DNA from: a virus
DNA: 64,000 nucleotides
Virus record (IMG/VR): IMGVR_UViG_3300025617_001208
Location: 12,885 to 76,884 of that record
Reading direction: 5' to 3' (one strand)
The position numbers and the translations under genes are program-made. Position 1 is the stretch's first letter; the number at the start of each line of letters is the position of its first letter. Positions 28,295 through 36,709 of the stretch are shown here, piece by piece. The notes beneath the pieces were generated by a model. That model was not told where the DNA came from. It did not search any database and worked only from the letters and a program-made list of their open reading frames with translations.

Positions 28295-29137
28295 TTATAT
28301 TCCTAATTTATTTTCATATTTTTTGATTATATCAGAACTTAAAAAGTCCTTTTCAGTATAATGAAATATACCGCTTTGTTTATAGTTACCTACAAATAAT
28401 TCTAGATCATCACTTAGATAAACGCTTAAACGAGATTGCCAACTTTGATCTTTATACTTATTCCAATGTTGGACTTTTGGTTTCATATGTGTAAACGTAG
28501 GAAAATTATGTTTTGTAGTTATATTGTGTTCACAATCCATAATTTTAGCTGCAATTGCCGCAGTTAAATCCATACTACATGTTTTTTGAAAGGTTTTACC
28601 ACCTGCATGATGTTTATAGAAAAGTTGCCAATTATTTGTTATCATTTCCATCCATGCATAAAATTCTTTAGCTAACGGACGTTCTTTAAAATAATGAAAT
28701 CCGCTATACAAATTTGGTAGGTTATATGTAGTAAACGCTCTTCGATAATAATCGTTTGTTACTAACTCTCCCCTATATGTATAAACATTGTTAGTGTAAA
28801 ACAAATCATAATTTTTTAATAAATCAAACCATTTGGTTAAGTCTTGCAAAACTAACATGTCTGTATCAAGTACTACAGTTTCGTTAAACGGAGTTGCGTG
28901 ATATAATTTCCAACGATTACTGATTTTCCAATCTTCGTCTTCGGCATGATCGCCCCATGGAATTTCTATAATATATTCAAATAGATGTTTATACTTTTCT
29001 GGTACTGTATCGTTAGTTATAAGTGCTATTTTACTATTAGAATTTGTAGCATGAATACTCATTGCACAAACACATGCTTGTAAAACATAATCATCTGTGT
29101 TGTTATTTTGGGCAAGTAACGTAAAGTTTTTATTCAT
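28295..29137 (-). CDS. GT-A fold glycosyltransferase (GT8/nucleotide-diphospho-sugar transferase-like)
   Basis: Y...A...A.SI, TPFNETVVLDTDML (DxD), YSG..YFK, FTHMK. Confidence 0.72.
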   Translation of the reverse strand: MNKNFTLLAQNNNTDDYVLQACVCAMSIHATNSNSKIALITNDTVPEKYKHLFEYIIEIPWGDHAEDEDWKISNRWKLYHATPFNETVVLDTDMLVLQDLTKWFDLLKNYDLFYTNNVYTYRGELVTNDYYRRAFTTYNLPNLYSGFHYFKERPLAKEFYAWMEMITNNWQLFYKHHAGGKTFQKTCSMDLTAAIAAKIMDCEHNITTKHNFPTFTHMKPKVQHWNKYKDQSWQSRLSVYLSDDLELFVGNYKQSGIFHYTEKDFLSSDIIKKYENKLGI

Positions 29138-29954
29138 CTATCATTCTTTCCAAACTAAATTTATTCATAACATGTACATTTTGATTTTTAGTTTTAACAC
29201 CTGTATATTCACCTAAGTGCTGCTCTTTTTCTAAAAGAAACAAAAGTTCGTCATTGTTTATTTTTTCTAAAATATCCCTATCAGTAATAAAATATTTTTT
29301 ACCAGGCAAATTTGAAATTTGAGAATCTCCGGTAAACCCATTTAAAATATGTGCAGCAATACTAAATGCAAAATCGTTTCTATACAAAGGATTTACAATT
29401 TGATAAAGACTTGTATAGTGCGAGTAGTTTTCTTTTACATGTTTTATTAAATCAAAAAATATTTTATTTTTATTACACTTTTTAAAGTATACAACTGTAG
29501 CCCAATAAAAGTTAATACCAGTATCATTAATTTTATCAAATTCTATAAGATTTCGCCAATGACACAAATCAACTGCATCACTATACATCATTAGATCTTG
29601 ATTGCTATCAAAACAACTTTTTAAATGATCGTTACAAATTACATAATCGGTATCCATAACAATTGTTTCTTCAAACGGTGATAAATCATATGCATTGCAT
29701 CTATCCAAGTTGTTAAAATTTGCTAATTTTGTAGCCATATTACCATCGCGAAACTTTCTGGAATTTGCATTATTACTAGGTTCCAATTTAATAACATGAT
29801 CAAAAAAATCAAGTCTGTTGTCATTGATCTTGTCAGTTGCTATGGCAACAGGAACATTTAAATGTTTTTTTACCCGTTTAGCACAAAATATAGCTTGTTT
29901 GATATAATCTAATGCTTTGTTGTCTTTAGCAAAAAGTAATACGCCTTTGCTCAT
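29130..29954 (-). CDS. GT-A fold glycosyltransferase, paralog of 28295..29137
   Basis: SPFEETIVMDTDYV (DxD), WATVVYFKK, RNDFAFSIA, HVMNK. Confidence 0.72.
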   Translation of the reverse strand: MSKGVLLFAKDNKALDYIKQAIFCAKRVKKHLNVPVAIATDKINDNRLDFFDHVIKLEPSNNANSRKFRDGNMATKLANFNNLDRCNAYDLSPFEETIVMDTDYVICNDHLKSCFDSNQDLMMYSDAVDLCHWRNLIEFDKINDTGINFYWATVVYFKKCNKNKIFFDLIKHVKENYSHYTSLYQIVNPLYRNDFAFSIAAHILNGFTGDSQISNLPGKKYFITDRDILEKINNDELLFLLEKEQHLGEYTGVKTKNQNVHVMNKFSLERMIDE

Positions 29955-30298
29955 AAATCTAGTATACCTTTAACACTTCTATTCTTTTTTATTTTACTGT
30001 ATTCTACAAAATATTCATTTGATGCTGTAAAGTATACATCGAGTATGCTGTTGTAAAATTCTTCTATGTTTGAAATTTCAATTGGAATATCATTATCGTC
30101 GCTGATAATTACTGACTGTTGATCACTGTCAATTAAACCTTTAATAAAATTAATTAGCTCTCGCGAAACTGTAAAAGTTGCGCCGTTAAAATAATATACA
30201 AGATTTTCGTGATATTTTTCTTTTAAAATACGTGTTTGATTGTTTAATGTAACCATATAGTTACTAATATCTAATGCTTTTTCTAGACGCTCGTCCAT
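29951..30298 (-). CDS. hypothetical protein (first gene of the glycosyltransferase operon)
   Basis: 115 aa, AGGAG RBS, ATGA overlap with the next gene. Confidence 0.75.
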   Translation of the reverse strand: MDERLEKALDISNYMVTLNNQTRILKEKYHENLVYYFNGATFTVSRELINFIKGLIDSDQQSVIISDDNDIPIEISNIEEFYNSILDVYFTASNEYFVEYSKIKKNRSVKGILDL

Positions 30299-30326
30299 AG
30301 TTAACTCCTACATGTAGTATATATCT

Positions 30327-30355
30327 ATTATACACGCAGTTAATAAAAAAGTCAA
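30327..30355 (-). promoter_or_regulatory. sigma70-type promoter TTGACT-N17-TATAAT
   Basis: -35 at 30355-30350 and perfect -10 at 30332-30327, in the gap upstream of ATG 30298. Confidence 0.7.
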
Positions 30356-30360
30356 ATAAT

Positions 30361-31413
30361 TTATGCTACACTAGGTTGATTTTCACTTGCACCCGGTCTC
30401 ATTAGATTACCACCTAATGTAAAGTCAGTATCTGTAGTACCATCATTTAGTGTAATAGTACTATCAGGGTAATACTGAGTACCCGAAATAGTTACATTAG
30501 CAGTTACAGGTTCATCTATTGGAGTACTTTGAGGACCGTCAGCAGGATTGCCTGTGCCTGTATCGTTATCAAGCAGTCTTACTTGTAAAGTTACACGACT
30601 AAATCCGTTAATAACTGCTAATCGTACTTGAATTTCGTTATCATTATAAATGCTTCCTGCACCAATTTTTGTGTACTTAGTGGTCATAGCTATACCTGTA
30701 GTAAGAGTAGGAATGGCTGTAACCGAGCCTGTTCCGCTACTATTTAAACTTTCCACTACCCATTCCCAACCAGTACCTGCAGTATCAGGACGAGCATATA
30801 GTCTTACTGTACCCATATTTGATGCCATTGTTTGCCAGTTTAAGTTTTTTTCATAACTAGCCTGTCCCGGACTACCAATGGCATCAATATCAACATTAAT
30901 ACGTAGTTCGCCGCCAGCTGTAAAATATTCTTCAAATGACTGATCAGAGGGAAATGTGTAAACAACACTACCGGATATAACATTCCATTGAGCAGTAACT
31001 TCATCTAGTGTATTCACAACAGTACTAAAATCTCCACCAAATTCTGTTGTACGTCTGTCAAATCCTGCACAAGTATTTGCTAAATCATATAAACCTTGTA
31101 CATTAGCAGCATCTCCCCAGTCTGCCCATTCAATTACTTCGCCAACTTGTAAATCGGAATATGTAGTGCCACTTGCTAATGTTTTAACTGCACCTGTTTG
31201 ATGGTAGTGTATTAACTGACCAATACTAAACAGTTTTTCAACATCTGCTGATAACACTGTATCACTAGTATTTGGGTCGCTTCCTCCAACAACAGCACTA
31301 GGAATTGCATCATTAACTGTTCCAAACCCATATTTGCCCGGCCCAAAATTATTTTCCAATATACTTCTAATATTGTTAAAGTCAGTTGCTGATATTGCGC
31401 TGCCTACAGCCAT
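30361..31413 (-). CDS. virion structural protein (tail/fibre associated), paralog of 32414..33310
   Basis: Shares F..GG.., K...W..M..N.GTV, G.G.IY..N and P.DE.V motifs with 32414..33310; GGAG RBS and upstream TAAATA. Confidence 0.65.
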   Translation of the reverse strand: MAVGSAISATDFNNIRSILENNFGPGKYGFGTVNDAIPSAVVGGSDPNTSDTVLSADVEKLFSIGQLIHYHQTGAVKTLASGTTYSDLQVGEVIEWADWGDAANVQGLYDLANTCAGFDRRTTEFGGDFSTVVNTLDEVTAQWNVISGSVVYTFPSDQSFEEYFTAGGELRINVDIDAIGSPGQASYEKNLNWQTMASNMGTVRLYARPDTAGTGWEWVVESLNSSGTGSVTAIPTLTTGIAMTTKYTKIGAGSIYNDNEIQVRLAVINGFSRVTLQVRLLDNDTGTGNPADGPQSTPIDEPVTANVTISGTQYYPDSTITLNDGTTDTDFTLGGNLMRPGASENQPSVA

Positions 31414-31447
31414 GCGAGATCTCCATGTTTATTATAATACTATACTT

Positions 31448-31479
31448 TATTTATCAGTGTTTTGTCAACCGATTAAATA
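31448..31479. promoter_or_regulatory. divergent late promoter cores: TAAATA on minus (31448-31453) and on plus (31474-31479)
   Basis: Both lie in the 70-bp gap between 31413(-) and 31484(+); the plus copy is 4 nt from the ATG. Confidence 0.55.
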
Positions 31480-31483
31480 CTAC

Positions 31484-32449
31484 ATGGAACGTTTTAATTA
31501 TGCAGAACAACGAAATTATGTTTACATAGATTGGGATATGAGTAGTAGGTGCAATTATGCATGTGCATATTGCGAACCTGCTGCACACGACGGAAAGTTT
31601 GATTTTCCTACTATAGAAAATGCAAAACTATTAGTAGATAAAATTTCAAAAACATATACTGATAAGTTTGCAGTTTTTAATTTATTTGGAGGAGAGCCTA
31701 CTATATGGAGAGAAATTCCTGCATTTTTTAAATATGTTAAAAAATCAAATCCAAACAACAAAGTACAGTTATTAACAAATGGTAACAAAACAAAACGCTG
31801 GTGGCAAAAAAATCAAAACAATATAGATAGCGTTGTTGTCAGTGTACATGTAGCACAAGTAGATATTGTAGATCTTGTTGAAAAATTTAATGCGTGTGCA
31901 GGAAGTTTTGACATACACTTTCAAATTTGTATTGATATAAATCACTTTGAAACTGCTATGCAACAATACGATTACTGTTTAAAAAATTTAGACAAACATA
32001 TTAGATTAGATTACAAGCCTTTACGAATTAGCTTGGATAAACCAGAATCTATGCCTTACACAAATTTTCAAATTAATACAATGAAAAAATTAAAAAAACT
32101 GCCTGGTATTAAAAAAGACCATTACGGAAGTAGTATGGTTGATGAAAATAATAACCTAGTGGATCTGCAAAAATTATTATTAGAGAAAAATAATAAATTT
32201 AAAAATTGGGCATGTTGGATAGGAATAGACACATTAAATATTACACGTGAAGGAAATGTTACAATAGGTAGTCAGTGTTTTCCTAATTTTGTATTAGGCA
32301 ATATTCACACGTTAGATTTTGAAATTCCATACAAGCCTGTAAAATGTCAATACGAATACTGTAGCTGTTTAACTGATCTTACAACTAAAAAAATAAAAAA
32401 TTATTCTGGAGATTTATTGGAAGACTTGAATATTTTGGTAAGCCGGTGA
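31484..32449 (+). CDS. radical SAM protein with C-terminal Cys-rich twitch domain
   Basis: CNYACAYC, FGGEPT, TNG, SVH; C-terminal CWIG...SQC...CQYEYCSCLTD. Start refined to ATG 31484. Confidence 0.9.
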   Translation: MERFNYAEQRNYVYIDWDMSSRCNYACAYCEPAAHDGKFDFPTIENAKLLVDKISKTYTDKFAVFNLFGGEPTIWREIPAFFKYVKKSNPNNKVQLLTNGNKTKRWWQKNQNNIDSVVVSVHVAQVDIVDLVEKFNACAGSFDIHFQICIDINHFETAMQQYDYCLKNLDKHIRLDYKPLRISLDKPESMPYTNFQINTMKKLKKLPGIKKDHYGSSMVDENNNLVDLQKLLLEKNNKFKNWACWIGIDTLNITREGNVTIGSQCFPNFVLGNIHTLDFEIPYKPVKCQYEYCSCLTDLTTKKIKNYSGDLLEDLNILVSR

Positions 32450-33310
32450 AGGTAACTCGACATATACGCCAACTGGCCTATTTTGTTTTACAAGACTAGT
32501 AATTGTTCCAACTACAACTTCGTCAACCGGGCCTGCGTTTTGCGGATCTGATCCAATGCTTGCGTCATCAAGTACTGTTTTAATATATACTACGTTGTTG
32601 TCTTTTCTAGCATATATAAATAAGTCGTTATTACTGTAAATTCCACTACCTAACTTTTCATAAATTTTTGTATAGGATGTTGTTAAATCATATATTCCAA
32701 TATTATTTTGTGCTAATCCAGACCCGGTAACTTGTGTACCTGTATAATCAATTGTTACAGTTCCAATATTGTTTATCATTTCTGCCCAGCCTTGGGATTT
32801 ATCATCGCTACCGGCTCCGACCATTGTAAAAGAAAGTTCTATATTTCCGCCAGCATTAAAGAATCCTAAAAAATTGTTATTGTTACTAAAGGTTGCTTTC
32901 CATTCGTGTGTAATGCTTTGCGGAGTTCCAGAACCTCCCCATGTACTAGCACGTACAGAATCTATACCAGCAGATTCCTTGTCAATATATTGTGCATCTA
33001 CATCAAACCTATTAGCAAATAAAAGAGGATATAATGTTTCATATGCTTGATATAAACTTTCAGTTATTTCATTTTGATTAGTAACATTGCTAATAGTGGC
33101 AGGCAAATTACCATTCTGATGTGCATATACAGATACATAATCGTCATACAATTTATTCATATCTTCGGCATATACAATCCTAGTTTTTGGCAGTCTTTGA
33201 CTTTTAACTGTTTGATTATATCCAGTATCGCCTGATGGTATTCCTAATATGTTTTCAATTGCTTCAAATAGAACATTATATCTATATGCAGAAATAATCT
33301 GGTTTGCCAT
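32414..33310 (-). CDS. virion structural protein, paralog of 30361..31413
   Basis: FFNAGG motif, Ser/Thr/Gly-rich, immediately downstream of the tail-fibre genes; GAGG RBS. Confidence 0.65.
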   Translation of the reverse strand: MANQIISAYRYNVLFEAIENILGIPSGDTGYNQTVKSQRLPKTRIVYAEDMNKLYDDYVSVYAHQNGNLPATISNVTNQNEITESLYQAYETLYPLLFANRFDVDAQYIDKESAGIDSVRASTWGGSGTPQSITHEWKATFSNNNNFLGFFNAGGNIELSFTMVGAGSDDKSQGWAEMINNIGTVTIDYTGTQVTGSGLAQNNIGIYDLTTSYTKIYEKLGSGIYSNNDLFIYARKDNNVVYIKTVLDDASIGSDPQNAGPVDEVVVGTITSLVKQNRPVGVYVELPSPAYQNIQVFQ

Positions 33311-33331
33311 TATCAAGTCCTCTTTATATAC

Positions 33332-34843
33332 TTATACTTTTAGTACGCATTCTACTAATTTTTCTTTTTCGTTATCATTAGACTCTAATGCAATTCCTAC
33401 TAATGCAGTAGTAGATATAGTTCTGCAAACTCCGTCGTTCCATGCGTATACTGCTTGGCCTTTTTTAACTGGGCCGTGTACTCTTACTGGAAGACGACCT
33501 TTTAACCCAATGTATTGCCCTTCGGCTTCACTGTTCATCATATATGCAGGATCAGTTGATACTACGCCGATGCATAAGTCGCTTGCACTTGCTGGTGCAA
33601 CTTCAAACCCGTCATGGACGCTTACTGCTACTGCTGTGCCTGCTGGTAATTCTTCTGCTGTAGTATATTTTTCTGCTAAGTCGGCGTAACGTGCTCTACT
33701 TGCAACACCAACAAATTCTACTGCATAAACTTTTTGATCAGCATCTCTAGCTACTACTGTATTTGCTGTACTTGCAGTCGTAGCACTTACATAACTAGTA
33801 CCTAATTTTACTGTATCTGACTTATCAGCAGTACCTCTAAAATTGTTTGCATGAACACTAGCCCATTTTGCGGTCGAAATACCTAAATTATATGTTTCTG
33901 TTTCGCCAGGTAATATACCTTTTCTTTCGTTATTGTTTATAAACTTTGCGATTACTTCTGCAGAACCATCTGTGTTTAATTTTGCACCAATACGTACTTC
34001 TTCGCCAACGGTATTTTCAATGTATCCAACATTTTCGTCAACAATTCTAACTGCTAAATCGTTACTATCGCCTACTCTAAACCCAAGATCTGAAAAACGT
34101 ACAAGTTGATTAAATTCTGTGTTATTAACTGTTAAATAATCAGCGGCAGGTATTCCTCCTAATCTAAGAGCATCACTTGATGTTGCCCAAAGCACTGGTT
34201 CGTCTGTTTGACCAGCGTTAGCTGTGATACCGTCAGCATCGGTATTAATTAGTGTAATACCCTTTTTAATTTTAGGAAAATTTGAACTATTAATGCCAAC
34301 TGGTACGTTTGAGTTTTGTGTAGATTTTAGTGTAAATTCTTCGTCGCTAATTATAAATTGAACATTGTCGTTAACTAGTGCAACAATAACAGCTTTGTTT
34401 GTGTTTCCGGTATCAACAACATCAATACTGCGCATCTGTGTTTGCCCATCGCCAGCTGCTTGCGGGCCTACTAATACAAAGTCGTCTTGTGAAGTTCTAG
34501 CATATACTTGGTTAGTGGCATTGTTAAACCAAAAATCGCCAACTGTTAAACCAGTTGGTGCGCTACTACTTACTTCGGCGCCGCCTGTGTTTTTCCACTG
34601 CGACCCGGTATAAAATTTTAGTTTGTTTAACGAAGCATCAAACCAAATCTGTCCGCTAATTGCCTTTGTTGGTGATGCTGTACCAGCAAAATTTTCCAAC
34701 AAAAACAAATAGTTTTCATTTTGTATTTCTCCGTATCCACTGTAATTTTTACCAACAAACTTAATATCTGTGGTATTATCAACTGTGCCATCTTCAACTG
34801 ATAACAGTTGAGTGCCGTTAAATTTATTAATTATGTATGCCAT
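33332..34843 (-). CDS. tail fibre protein with C-terminal peptidase G2-like intramolecular chaperone/autocleavage domain
   Basis: Shared N-terminal module (GKNYSGYGE..NEN...LLENFA...GQIWFD); C-terminal YADLAEKY...GVVSTDPAYMMN...GLKGRLPVRVHG. Confidence 0.75.
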   Translation of the reverse strand: MAYIINKFNGTQLLSVEDGTVDNTTDIKFVGKNYSGYGEIQNENYLFLLENFAGTASPTKAISGQIWFDASLNKLKFYTGSQWKNTGGAEVSSSAPTGLTVGDFWFNNATNQVYARTSQDDFVLVGPQAAGDGQTQMRSIDVVDTGNTNKAVIVALVNDNVQFIISDEEFTLKSTQNSNVPVGINSSNFPKIKKGITLINTDADGITANAGQTDEPVLWATSSDALRLGGIPAADYLTVNNTEFNQLVRFSDLGFRVGDSNDLAVRIVDENVGYIENTVGEEVRIGAKLNTDGSAEVIAKFINNNERKGILPGETETYNLGISTAKWASVHANNFRGTADKSDTVKLGTSYVSATTASTANTVVARDADQKVYAVEFVGVASRARYADLAEKYTTAEELPAGTAVAVSVHDGFEVAPASASDLCIGVVSTDPAYMMNSEAEGQYIGLKGRLPVRVHGPVKKGQAVYAWNDGVCRTISTTALVGIALESNDNEKEKLVECVLKV

Positions 34844-34867
34844 TGACGATTTCCTTAATCTACACTG

Positions 34868-34873
34868 TATTTA
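34868..34873 (-). promoter_or_regulatory. T4-type late promoter core TAAATA
   Basis: ATAAATA in the 33-bp gap upstream of ATG 34843, followed by an AAGGA RBS. Confidence 0.6.
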
Positions 34874-34876
34874 TGC

Positions 34877-36709
34877 TTATACTGCCGAAGTTACTGTTGA
34901 AGAATATGTCCAGACATTACTACTGTTTACACTATAAGACATGATAGTCCTAGTATAAGTTGTTGTAACCGATGTTGAAACATCTGCAATACTAAAGTCT
35001 GCAACAACACTTTGGTTTTGTACACCGTTACTATCAACGTTTGTAAACGTTTTGTTTACTGCACTATTAACATCAATAGGATCTGTACTAGAACTACTTG
35101 CAACAGCATAAATTTTTGCAATTGTTCCTGCTGGTAATCCAGCTGCTGGTGCTAATTCATTTAGTACTGTAGCAACATTTGACTGTAATGTTACACCTAT
35201 GCCCATTCCATCTATTACTAAACTAAAAAATAACGGCGATGCATTTACTTTATTATCAACATAACCTTTTGTTGCAACATCAGTAGATGTTGTAGGTTCT
35301 GCTACGTTTGCAATTTTTTGTTGCGTTACTAATTGTATAGTACTCGAACTTTCAAGTTGTAATCCACTAATTCTACTAGTAATTCTATTACCGTCGATAT
35401 CTATATTATCAACTGTTAAATCATTTAGAACACCAATATTTGTAATACCTGGTGCATTAATAATACTATTTGACAAAGAAGTTTCTGTGAGAATATCTCT
35501 GCCATTAATTTTATAAGCAGTGTTTTTTGGAATATCGATACTATTACTACTTGTCCAACTATTAGTATCAAGCTCCCAGGTCCAATATTTGTCGTCACCT
35601 GATACTCTAATAACAATACCAGATCCGTCTACGTCCGCTTCTTCTAATAATGTACTATCACTTGTAATTGCAAGTTCGATTAATTTATCTTCAACTCTTA
35701 GATTGCTTACATCTAAGTTAGTTGTATCGCCTTCGACTCTTAAATTACCAGTAATTCTAGCGTCACCTGTAACATCTAAATTAAATTCAGGATCTGTTTT
35801 AAATATGCCTACTCTTTGATTTAAAGTATCAATATGTATTGCATCTAAAACATTAGGTACGTTATCTGCATCAGTATCGGTTTGTACTTGAATTTTAATA
35901 TCAGTGTCTTCGGTTTCTGCTTTAATTAGTATATCGGATCCTGTTGCAATTCTTAGTAAAGGACTTTGTCCAATTACAATACCGTTATTATTGTAAAAAT
36001 TAATTTCTGCACTAGTAGTATCTTGTCCTTGACCCGATTGTGTTGTTAAAAAGTCATTTTGTGTATACTCTATTCCGTCAACGTCTGTAAGTTTTAAACT
36101 ATTTGATGCTGTTCCGTAAAATTGAAAATTAAATATTGAACTTACATTTGTTCCAATCTTAATACTTGTAAATCCATTAATTGGAATAGCAGGAGTGAAT
36201 GCAGTTTTACTGTGTATTAATACCAAGCTACCGTTGATATATTCTTGAGTAATTGTTTGGTTAGTACCAGTTGTATCTCTTATTGTTTCTATAAACTGTC
36301 CTGATTTTAATTGACTTGCTGAATATGTAGGACCAACTAGTTGTAACCCAGTTGATGTTGCAAAATACATCTGCTCATTTGCACTATCTATCCAAATGTC
36401 TCCTTCAACTAAACTCGACGGCTGAACTGCTGTATATGTACTGTTATCTGTACTTCTAAACGTGCTACCATCATAAACTTTTAATCTGTTTTCGCTTGTA
36501 TCAAACCACAGTTGTCCTTTAATTGGCTTGCTTGGTGGAGCTGTATTTGCAAAAGTTTCTAGTAGTTTTATAAAGTTTTCATTTAAGAACTCGCCAAACC
36601 CTTTGTAATTTCTACCAATAAAAATTAAGTTTGTGCTGTTTTCGTCAATTTTGCCATCTACTATTTCAGTTAGCAAAGATCCGTCTGTTTTATTTAATTG
36701 ATACGCCAT
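34877..36709 (-). CDS. tail fibre-like virion protein
   Basis: Same N-terminal module (GRNYKGFGE..NENF..LLETFA...GQLWFD); VGIF..DP...LDVTGD and DVATKGYVD fibre motifs. Confidence 0.72.
   Translation of the reverse strand: MAYQLNKTDGSLLTEIVDGKIDENSTNLIFIGRNYKGFGEFLNENFIKLLETFANTAPPSKPIKGQLWFDTSENRLKVYDGSTFRSTDNSTYTAVQPSSLVEGDIWIDSANEQMYFATSTGLQLVGPTYSASQLKSGQFIETIRDTTGTNQTITQEYINGSLVLIHSKTAFTPAIPINGFTSIKIGTNVSSIFNFQFYGTASNSLKLTDVDGIEYTQNDFLTTQSGQGQDTTSAEINFYNNNGIVIGQSPLLRIATGSDILIKAETEDTDIKIQVQTDTDADNVPNVLDAIHIDTLNQRVGIFKTDPEFNLDVTGDARITGNLRVEGDTTNLDVSNLRVEDKLIELAITSDSTLLEEADVDGSGIVIRVSGDDKYWTWELDTNSWTSSNSIDIPKNTAYKINGRDILTETSLSNSIINAPGITNIGVLNDLTVDNIDIDGNRITSRISGLQLESSSTIQLVTQQKIANVAEPTTSTDVATKGYVDNKVNASPLFFSLVIDGMGIGVTLQSNVATVLNELAPAAGLPAGTIAKIYAVASSSSTDPIDVNSAVNKTFTNVDSNGVQNQSVVADFSIADVSTSVTTTYTRTIMSYSVNSSNVWTYSSTVTSAV

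Noticed and set aside
31439-31468. Possible minus-strand sigma70 promoter TTGACA-N18-TATAGT
   Set aside because: Non-optimal spacing, and it precedes a structural gene already served by TAAATA; cannot be told from chance in AT-rich DNA
31334-31483. ORF-track N-terminal extension of the radical SAM
   Set aside because: Overlaps the divergent gene 30361..31413 and the promoter region; ATG 31484 fits better. Similar over-extensions were trimmed at 3138, 13583, 14590, 16640, 19175 and 25546.
1-32449. Cluster as a cellular cofactor pathway (MoaA, PqqE, NirJ, QueE) or 7-deazaguanine DNA modification
   Set aside because: No partner genes of those pathways were recognised, and the context, promoters and gene packing are viral
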